58,145 nt of DNA. Source: Casimicrobiaceae bacterium. GTDB lineage: Bacteria > Pseudomonadota > Gammaproteobacteria > Burkholderiales > Casimicrobiaceae. The notes beneath the pieces were generated by a model. The model saw only the letters and a list, made by a program, of their open reading frames with translations, was not told the DNA's origin and did not search any database. This document shows positions 51,521 through 58,145 of this stretch, piece after piece. The position numbers and the translations under genes are program-made. Numbering within the stretch: the first letter of the stretch is position 1; the number at the start of each line of letters is the position of its first letter. The stretch is from the NCBI GenBank assembly GCA_035543635.1, contig DATKJP010000235.1, forward strand, positions 1-58,145, written 5' to 3'.

Positions 51521-52189
51521 CTAGCGGCCCGTGCCGCCTCCACCACCGCCGCCACCGCCTCCGCCGGCGTTGCGACTGCGCTCCAGCAGCAGGCTTCGTT
51601 CTATCGCACGCAAGCCATCGAGCTTTTCCTGGGCTGCGGCGGTCTTCCGCTGTTCCTCGCGCACGCTGCGCGTGCGCTCGGCGATCTGGGCGTAGAGAAT
51701 CGCCGCGATCTGCTTGAGCGGCGAGGTGGTGGCGCCCTTGCCCGCGACCGAATCGAGCAGCGCCAGCGCTCTTGCATCGTCGGTAGGGCCGGCGGCCGGC
51801 ATGGTAAGCAGCACCGCCATGCGGATGCGGCTCGCGTCGCTGCGCGTACGCGCGACGGTCTGGCTGACCACTGCAAGCTCCCGCTTGAGATCATCGCCCG
51901 TCTCCACGGCGTAGCGCTGCAGATCGGCAAGCAATGCGAGCGCCTGCTGCTCTTCCTCGTTGACGGGGGGCACAATCACCGGACTCTCCGGCGCAGGCGA
52001 TTGAACGATCACCACGGGCGGCACCGGCACCGGCGTAACCGGAATCCTCTCCGCCTTGGCGGCCTGCACTACGGAGGACGGAGGCGGCGTCACGACGACC
52101 GGTTCGGCCGCCTGTGGAGGAGAGGTCGTGCAACCGGCGAGCAAGGCGAGTCCGACCGTCTCGACGGCCCTCCGGCGCTTGCTGATCAA
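51521..52189 (-). CDS. QseG/YfhG-like lipoprotein with C-terminal poly-glycine tail
   Basis: A TTG start overlaps the kinase stop (TTGA at 52186-52189) and is preceded by AGGAGGAAGG. Lipobox LLAGC and a Pro/Val-rich linker. The C-terminal helical segment KLDGLRAIERSL resembles E. coli QseG KLENLTDIERQL. Ends in 11 consecutive Gly. Position between kinase and regulator matches E. coli glrK-qseG-glrR. Confidence 0.7.
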   Translation of the reverse strand: MISKRRRAVETVGLALLAGCTTSPPQAAEPVVVTPPPSSVVQAAKAERIPVTPVPVPPVVIVQSPAPESPVIVPPVNEEEQQALALLADLQRYAVETGDDLKRELAVVSQTVARTRSDASRIRMAVLLTMPAAGPTDDARALALLDSVAGKGATTSPLKQIAAILYAQIAERTRSVREEQRKTAAAQEKLDGLRAIERSLLLERSRNAGGGGGGGGGGGTGR

Positions 52190-53676
52190 CCTTCCTCCTG
52201 GATCGTGATCGACGGCGGCGACTGTGCGGTTGTGAGCGCGGCCGCCTCGGAGACCGCGAGCGGCAGCGAGAGGCGCAAGTGCGCCCCGCGTTTGCCGTCG
52301 CCCCGATCGAGCACCTCGATCCGTCCTCCATGCGCGAGCGCGTACTCGCGGGCGATCGCCAACCCAAGTCCCGAGCCCTTGATGCGCCCGTCGGGCGCGG
52401 GTGCACCCTGATAGAAGGATTCGAAGATGTGCGGCCGGTCCGCGGGATCGATCCCGGGTCCCTGGTCGATCACGTCGAGCACGGCCATGTCGGCGTCGAC
52501 CGCGAGACGAATGGCGATGAGCCCGGCACGCGGTGAGTACTTGATCGCGTTCGATACGAGGTTGTCGACGATGGCGCGGATCTTCTCGTGGTCGCCGACG
52601 AGGATCAGCGGCTTCAGCTTCATCTCGAAGGTGACCACGCGGGCGAGCGCTGCGAGCTTGTGCTCGCGCACGACGCGCCGGACGACGTCGGCGAGCGGAA
52701 CCGGTCCCAGCGTCTGTGGCTCGATCACCCGCGTCTGATGGTAGTTGAGCAGGTCCTCGATCAGCTTCTGCAGATTGAGCGTGTTCTCGCGCACGATACG
52801 CACGATCTCGCGCTGCTCGGCAGAGAGCTCGCCGCCGACGCGATCGCGCAACAGCTCGGCGCCCTCGCGCACCGCGGTGAGCGGAGTCTTCAGCTCGTGC
52901 GAGACGTGACGCAGGAAGCGCGTCTGCTGCGTCTCCAGTTCGTGCAGTCGCGTGCGCAGCCATTCCAGGCGCTGGCCGAGGTAGCGCATGTCCGCCGGGC
53001 CGTTCACCGCGACGGCGTGGGTGAAATCCGCGGTTCCCATCTGCCGGATCGCAAGGTCGAGTTGCCGGATCGGCCGCGCAATCAGCATCGCGAACACGAT
53101 CGCCAGCGCGAGCGCGATCATGCCCGCGGCGAGCGCGAGATAGAGCCAGGTCTTGCGTCCCTCGGCGGCGGTCTGCTGCAGGCGCTCGATTTCGCGCTCC
53201 GTGAGGCGATTGCTCGCGGTAAGCATCGCCTGCGCACCTTCGGCCAGGTCGGCGTAACCGTCGGCGAGCGTTTTGCTTGCGCCGGAGGGACGTTGCGTGG
53301 ACTTGAGGAGCATATACAAGCGAGTCTCGGTATCGGTCAGCTTCTCGAGCTGCGCAAGCTGGTCGCGATCGAGCGGCAGCTGCTGCAGCTGTTGCGAGGT
53401 CTGTCGGAAATCCTGGCGCAGCCGGCTGTAGTCATCGACAAGCTGCGGGTCGTCGAGAATCAGGTGCTGGCGCACCACTCGCTCGAGCGTGATCGCCTGC
53501 TCGTAGAGCTGACGGCTCGCGCGTCCGGCCTGCGCCGCCTGCAGCACCGCCTGCTGGCCCTGCGTGCCCAACCGGTCCAGACTCACGATCAATTCGACCA
53601 GCGCGTACAGAAGCGGCAGACTGACCAGCAGGAAACCGAGCAGGATGAACTTGAGGAAAGATCGAGGGTAGTACAC
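52186..53676 (-). CDS. glrK: Sensor histidine kinase, GlrK/QseE-like
   Basis: N-terminal YPRSFLKFILLGFLLVSLPLL resembles E. coli GlrK FPRSLRQLVMLAFLLILLPLL. It also has a periplasmic loop, second TM, HAMP, H-box FLRHVSHELKTPL, N box (VSNAIKYSP) and G boxes (DQGPGI, GSGLGLAIA). Start is ambiguous: GTG at 53676 is used here, and an alternative GTG at 53745 is preceded by GGAGGG-N9. Confidence 0.85.
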   Translation of the reverse strand: MYYPRSFLKFILLGFLLVSLPLLYALVELIVSLDRLGTQGQQAVLQAAQAGRASRQLYEQAITLERVVRQHLILDDPQLVDDYSRLRQDFRQTSQQLQQLPLDRDQLAQLEKLTDTETRLYMLLKSTQRPSGASKTLADGYADLAEGAQAMLTASNRLTEREIERLQQTAAEGRKTWLYLALAAGMIALALAIVFAMLIARPIRQLDLAIRQMGTADFTHAVAVNGPADMRYLGQRLEWLRTRLHELETQQTRFLRHVSHELKTPLTAVREGAELLRDRVGGELSAEQREIVRIVRENTLNLQKLIEDLLNYHQTRVIEPQTLGPVPLADVVRRVVREHKLAALARVVTFEMKLKPLILVGDHEKIRAIVDNLVSNAIKYSPRAGLIAIRLAVDADMAVLDVIDQGPGIDPADRPHIFESFYQGAPAPDGRIKGSGLGLAIAREYALAHGGRIEVLDRGDGKRGAHLRLSLPLAVSEAAALTTAQSPPSITIQEEG

Positions 53677-53739
53677 GAGGGGTCGCGCGCGACCGCTATA
53701 ATGAATTTTTCCGACGATGCCCGTGCCAACGAGGGACGC

Positions 53740-54291
53740 GTGCACGATACACCACCCTCCGCCGCCTCGCCAAGCGCGGGCGGAGCCGAGCGCCGCACGC
53801 CGCGCGTGGCGTTGATCGCTGCAGTCGCCAGAAACGGGGTGATCGGCGTCGACAACCACCTGCCGTGGCGGTTGCCTGACGACATGAAGCGCTTCCGCGC
53901 GTTGACGATGGGCCACAGCGTGATCATGGGCCGCAAGACCTTCGAGTCGATCGGCACGCCGCTTCCCGGCCGGCAGAACATTGTCGTGACACATCGACCC
54001 GATTTCCGCGCTGCAGGCTGCGAGAGCGCGGCGTCGCTGCCCGATGCGATCGCGCGCGCGAGCTTTCCCGATCCGGTCTTCGTGATCGGCGGCGAATCGC
54101 TCTATCGCGCCGCGCTGCCGCTGGCCGATTTTATTTATCTCACCGAGATCGACCGTGACTTCGCCGGCGACGCATGCTTCCCGGAATTCGTCCGCCAGGA
54201 TTGGCGCGAGACTGCGCGCGAGCTCAAGCGCCAGGACGACCCGGGCGGCTTCTTCTACGCGTTTACCGCCTACGAGCGGATCCGCGATTGA
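53740..54291 (+). CDS. folA: Dihydrofolate reductase
   Basis: VALIAAVARNGVIGVDN.LPW.LP.D...F...T.G..VIMGRKT.ESIG.PLPGR.N.V.T. The start is ambiguous. GTG 53740 follows GAGG. ATG 53701 sits inside a perfect TATAAT (53697-53702) and is therefore less likely. GTG 53806 would give a canonical 161-aa protein but has no SD. Confidence 0.8.
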   Translation: MHDTPPSAASPSAGGAERRTPRVALIAAVARNGVIGVDNHLPWRLPDDMKRFRALTMGHSVIMGRKTFESIGTPLPGRQNIVVTHRPDFRAAGCESAASLPDAIARASFPDPVFVIGGESLYRAALPLADFIYLTEIDRDFAGDACFPEFVRQDWRETARELKRQDDPGGFFYAFTAYERIRD

Positions 54292-54349
54292 AACGCTTGA
54301 ACTCGGCCCCAACTTCCCGCGACGCTTCAACAACCGTTCGGAGTACGCA

Positions 54350-54922
54350 ATGTCAGAAGAATTCGAGGTCCACGGCCCGCACGATCACGAAGTCGAGCAC
54401 CGCGCGCAGCACGGCGACGATCCTTTCGCCGGCCGCATCGCAGTGATAACAGCGATCTTCGCCACCATCGGAGCGCTGTTCGGATACATGGCCGGCCACA
54501 CGCAGAACGAAGCGTTGCTGTTCAAGAACGAGGCGGCGATTCGCAGGACGCAGGCTTCCGATCAATGGAACTTCTACCAGGCGAAATCGAGCAAGCAGAA
54601 TCTCGCCGAGCTGGGCGCGACGCTCACCTCGGGAGAACAACAGGCACGCTTCAACTCAGAGGTCGCGCGCTACAAGAAGGAGAAGGAAGAGATCATGCCG
54701 GAGGCGAAGAAGCTCGAGGAGGACGCCAAGAGCGCCGAGGAGAAAGCCGAGTCATTCATGCACGTCCATCATCGCTGGGCACAGGCGATGACGCTGATCC
54801 AGATCGCGATCGCGATGGCAGCCATCACCATCCTCACCCGCAATCGCGGGCTGCAATATGGCGCCTACGGCGTGGGGCTGGCGGCAGTGATCGTCGGGAC
54901 GCTCGCGTTCGCGCAGGTGTGA
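54350..54922 (+). CDS. DUF4337-like membrane protein
   Basis: 190 aa with SD GGAG upstream. N-terminal His/Asp-rich tail, one TM helix, central coiled-coil (QASDQWNFYQAKS...), C-terminal TM hairpin (RWAQAMTLIQIAIAMAAITIL). Confidence 0.8.
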   Translation: MSEEFEVHGPHDHEVEHRAQHGDDPFAGRIAVITAIFATIGALFGYMAGHTQNEALLFKNEAAIRRTQASDQWNFYQAKSSKQNLAELGATLTSGEQQARFNSEVARYKKEKEEIMPEAKKLEEDAKSAEEKAESFMHVHHRWAQAMTLIQIAIAMAAITILTRNRGLQYGAYGVGLAAVIVGTLAFAQV

Positions 54923-55064
54923 GTGCAGCCGTACCGGCGTAGCCGCGCTAAGGATTTTCGGCAGCCTAACGCGTCGGCGGCTTTCGTGGTGTCCCGGCGC
55001 ATTAACCGGCGCGGAGCGCCGAGTTGAACGCGGCGAGTTAGTGAGTAACGTACTCCGTGACGCA

Positions 55065-58000
55065 CTAACCCAAGTTATGTAGCTCGCGGAGCGCAACCGA
55101 AAGCATCGCCGCATCGACCGGCGTCGCCGCGCGCAGCTCCGTCAGCAACTGTGTCGCGCGCTCGATGCTGCGCCGGTTGCGTTCTTCCCAGGCCGCAACG
55201 AGCGTGCCGGCCTCGATCCCGTCCTTGGCCGCGGAGAGCGCCTCGCCCGTGATCGTGCGCTGGAGGCTGGACAGGTCGTCGAGCATCGCACCTTTGGCGA
55301 GGATTCGCCAATGCGCGTCGGCCGGCAGCGCGGTCATCTTTTCGCGCAGCCACGGAAGACCGAGCCTCGTCGAGAGCTGGAAGTACAGCTCGGCAACCCC
55401 CTCGGGCGAGCGCCGTGTCGTGCCCGCCACCTCGATGATGTCGAGCGCGGCGTAGAGCGTGTCGAAGGCGACCACGCGCATCGCGAGCCCCTGCGGCACG
55501 CCCTTCGCGACGTAGTCCGCCGCCTTGGCGTCGATGCGCTCACGCTCGCCGCCATCGAGGAGCTCCGACAGCCGTGTGGCCAGCGCGGCAACCTGCGGAG
55601 CGAAGTGCGCGATCGTCGCTCCCATTTCCTCGGTCAGACGACGCGAGCGCAGGAACCAGCTCGTGCCACGCTCGATCAGGCGCCGCGTATCGATCAGCAT
55701 CGCCGACTGCACGGCGTCGTCGACCACGTTGTCGAGCGCTTCGATATCCTTCCAGAGCTCGACGAATCCGAACACCTCGCGGTTAAGCAGATACGCGCGC
55801 ACCGTCTCGGGTGGCTTGGCCCCGGTTGCCTCGAGGATCCTGTGGATGAACGTCGCGCCGACGCGGTTCACCATGCTGTTGGTGACGTAGGTGGCGATGA
55901 TCTCGCGCTTGAGCGGATGCCGCGCCATGTACTGCGCATAGCGGGTGCGAAGCGCCTTCGGGAAATAGCGCTCCAGCGCTGTCGCGACCCAGGGATCGTC
56001 GGGCAGCGTCGAGGCGAGCAGCTCGTCGTAGAGCCAGATCTTGCTGTAGGCGAGCAGCACCGCGCGCTCGGGGCTGGTGAGTCCCTTGCCCTCTGCGCGG
56101 CGCTCCGCGATTTCCTCGTCCGAAGGCAGGAACTCGAGCGCGCGGTTGAGCCGTCCTGTCTTCTCCAGAAAATGGACGAAGCGCTGGTGCGCGTCGAGCA
56201 TCTGCGGCGCGATGCGCCCGGTGACCGACAGCGACTGCGTCTGGAAAACGTTGTCGCGCAGAACCAGCGCGGCGACGTCGTCGGTCATCTCGGTGAGAAG
56301 GGCATTGCGCTGCTTCTCGGTCAATTCTCCCTCGGCGATCGGCAGGCCGAGCAGAATCTTGATGTTCACCTCGTGATCGGAGGTGTCCACGCCCGCCGAA
56401 TTGTCGATCGCGTCGGTGTTGATGCGTCCGCCGGCGAGCGCGTATTCGACGCGCCCGAGCTGCGTGCACCCGAGGTTGCCGCCTTCGGCGAAGACTTTGC
56501 AGCGAAGCTCCCGCCCGTTGACACGCAAGGCGTCGTTCGCGCGATCGCCAACCTGCGCGTGCGTCTCGCTCGACGCCTTGACGTAGGTTCCGATCCCGCC
56601 GTTATAGATCAGATCGACCGGCGCCTTGAGGATCGCGTTGACCAGTTCGGTGGGCGTCAGGGATGACGGAGGGATGCCGAGCGCCTTAGCGGCCTCGGGC
56701 GAAACCGCGATTGACTTGGCGCTGCGCGGAAACACGCCACCGCCCTTCGAGATCAGCTTCGACTCGTAGTCGGCCCACGAAGAGCGCGGCAGCTTGAACA
56801 TGCGCTCGCGCTCCCTGAAGCTCGCCTCAGGATCGGGCGATGGATCGAGAAAGACGTGACGGTGATCGAAGGCAGCAATGAGCATGATGTGCCGCGAGAG
56901 CAGCATGCCGTTGCCGAACACGTCGCCCGACATGTCGCCGATGCCCGCGACGGTGAAATCTGTCGTCTGTGTGTCGATGCCCATCTCGCGGAAGTGACGC
57001 TTCACCGACTCCCAGGCACCGCGCGCCGTGATGCCCATCGCCTTGTGGTCGTATCCGGCCGAGCCGCCGGAGGCGAACGCATCACCGAGCCAGAAGCCGT
57101 ACTCCTTGCTGATCGCGTTGGCGTAATCGGAGAAGGTCGCGGTGCCCTTGTCGGCCGCCACGACGAGATACGGGTCATCCGGGTCGTGCCGCTTCACGTC
57201 TGGCGGCGGCACGATCTTGTCGCCGACGCGGTTGTCGGTGAGATCGAGCAGTCCCCGCAGATAGTTCTGATAGCAAGCAACGCCCTCTTTCAGATATGCC
57301 TCGCGATCGACCGGTGAAGGCGCGCGCTTCAATACGAACCCGCCTTTGGAGCCCACCGGCACGATCACGGTGTTCTTCACCATCTGCGCCTTTACCAGTC
57401 CGAGGATCTCGGTACGGAAATCCTCCGGTCGATCGGACCAGCGCAGGCCGCCGCGCGCGACCTTGCCGCCCCGCAGGTGCACGCCCTCGAAGCGCGTCGA
57501 GTAGACGGAGATCTCGAACATCGGCTTCGGCTCGGGCAGGCCCGGCACCTTCGCCGGATCGAATTTGAACGACACGAAGCTCCTGCGTCGCCCTTCGCGG
57601 TCACGGCGCCAGAAGTTCGTTCGCGTCGTGGCGAGGATGAGCGCCAGGTATTGCCGCAGCACGCGGTCCTCGGACAGGTTCTCTACCTTGTCGAGCGCGT
57701 GATCGATCTCCTGAATCTTCGCCAGCGCCTGCGACTGCGCGGTTTCGCCAAGCGCCGGATCGAAGCGCAGCTTGAAGAGCTCCACCAGCATGCGCGCGAT
57801 TTCAGCGTGCGCGGAAAGCGTGGACTCGATGAAGGCCTGCGACAGCGCGAAGCCGATCTGCCGCAGATACTTCGCGTACGCGCGCAGCACGACGATCTCT
57901 TCGGCCGGGAGCCGTGCCACGACAACGAGCCGGTTGAAGTTGTCGTTTTCCGCTTCGGCGCGGAATACGCGCGCGAACGCGTCCTCGAACACAGCACGCA

Positions 58001-58145
58001 GCGCATCGACCTCGATCTCGGTCTCACTGGCGCCAGCCGCGAGTCCCAGGTCGTGCATCCAGACAGCCGGCGGTCCCTCGGGTGCGATACGGTACGGACG
58101 CTCGTCGAGGACTTTCAGTCCCATGTTTTCGAGCATCGGGAGACT
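55065..58145 (-). CDS. gdhB: NAD-specific glutamate dehydrogenase, large (~180 kDa) class, C-terminal ~1026 aa (5' end outside window)
   Basis: The frame is open to the window edge (..SLPMLENMGLKVLDERPY..). Long collinear match to the GdhB family, including the catalytic core (GGLRWSDR.EDFRTE..GL..AQ..KN..IVP.G.KGGF) and the Rossmann GIGDMSGDVFGNGML. Confidence 0.9.
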   Translation of the reverse strand, partial: SLPMLENMGLKVLDERPYRIAPEGPPAVWMHDLGLAAGASETEIEVDALRAVFEDAFARVFRAEAENDNFNRLVVVARLPAEEIVVLRAYAKYLRQIGFALSQAFIESTLSAHAEIARMLVELFKLRFDPALGETAQSQALAKIQEIDHALDKVENLSEDRVLRQYLALILATTRTNFWRRDREGRRRSFVSFKFDPAKVPGLPEPKPMFEISVYSTRFEGVHLRGGKVARGGLRWSDRPEDFRTEILGLVKAQMVKNTVIVPVGSKGGFVLKRAPSPVDREAYLKEGVACYQNYLRGLLDLTDNRVGDKIVPPPDVKRHDPDDPYLVVAADKGTATFSDYANAISKEYGFWLGDAFASGGSAGYDHKAMGITARGAWESVKRHFREMGIDTQTTDFTVAGIGDMSGDVFGNGMLLSRHIMLIAAFDHRHVFLDPSPDPEASFRERERMFKLPRSSWADYESKLISKGGGVFPRSAKSIAVSPEAAKALGIPPSSLTPTELVNAILKAPVDLIYNGGIGTYVKASSETHAQVGDRANDALRVNGRELRCKVFAEGGNLGCTQLGRVEYALAGGRINTDAIDNSAGVDTSDHEVNIKILLGLPIAEGELTEKQRNALLTEMTDDVAALVLRDNVFQTQSLSVTGRIAPQMLDAHQRFVHFLEKTGRLNRALEFLPSDEEIAERRAEGKGLTSPERAVLLAYSKIWLYDELLASTLPDDPWVATALERYFPKALRTRYAQYMARHPLKREIIATYVTNSMVNRVGATFIHRILEATGAKPPETVRAYLLNREVFGFVELWKDIEALDNVVDDAVQSAMLIDTRRLIERGTSWFLRSRRLTEEMGATIAHFAPQVAALATRLSELLDGGERERIDAKAADYVAKGVPQGLAMRVVAFDTLYAALDIIEVAGTTRRSPEGVAELYFQLSTRLGLPWLREKMTALPADAHWRILAKGAMLDDLSSLQRTITGEALSAAKDGIEAGTLVAAWEERNRRSIERATQLLTELRAATPVDAAMLSVALRELHNLG

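Overview
This is a 58.1-kb, high-GC (roughly 65%) chromosomal segment from a Gram-negative proteobacterium. The tmRNA tag ANDETYALAA and the exbB-exbD-lpxK-ycaR-kdsB-adk synteny look betaproteobacterial. I support about 50 protein genes plus one tmRNA. I recognised no rRNA, tRNA, CRISPR array, transposase or integrase. Most genes are housekeeping: mfd, glnS, aroC, xseA, thyA, folA, adk, kdsB, lpxK, pdxH, msrA, htpX, ndh, ggt, manC and a partial large NAD-glutamate dehydrogenase. Many long ORFs in the track are antisense or alternate-frame artefacts of the high GC content. Several true genes are the C-terminal parts of longer track ORFs, so I re-derived their starts from the sequence.

The most interesting locus lies between thyA and folA. 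It is a GlrK/QseG/GlrR-like module (sensor kinase, lipoprotein, sigma54-dependent response regulator). Directly downstream of it is a 656-nt region with no credible ORF in the track (only two rejected plus-strand ORFs overlap it). On the minus strand this region holds one perfect and one near-perfect TGTC-N10-GACA box, an IHF-like site, a near-consensus sigma54 promoter (TGGCAT-N5-TTGCT), an SD-preceded 56-codon ORF below the track cutoff, and a strong intrinsic terminator. Together these predict a regulated small gene or RNA that is not GlmY-like.

Other points worth a second look:
- An arsR / LplT-acyltransferase fusion / DUF2339 / DUF3999 envelope cluster.
- An adk-pfp-DUF3617-hppA pyrophosphate-economy cluster with translationally coupled junctions.
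- A cluster of DnaA boxes in an AT-rich glnS-xseA spacer.
- An ECF sigma / anti-sigma / proline-rich secreted protein operon.
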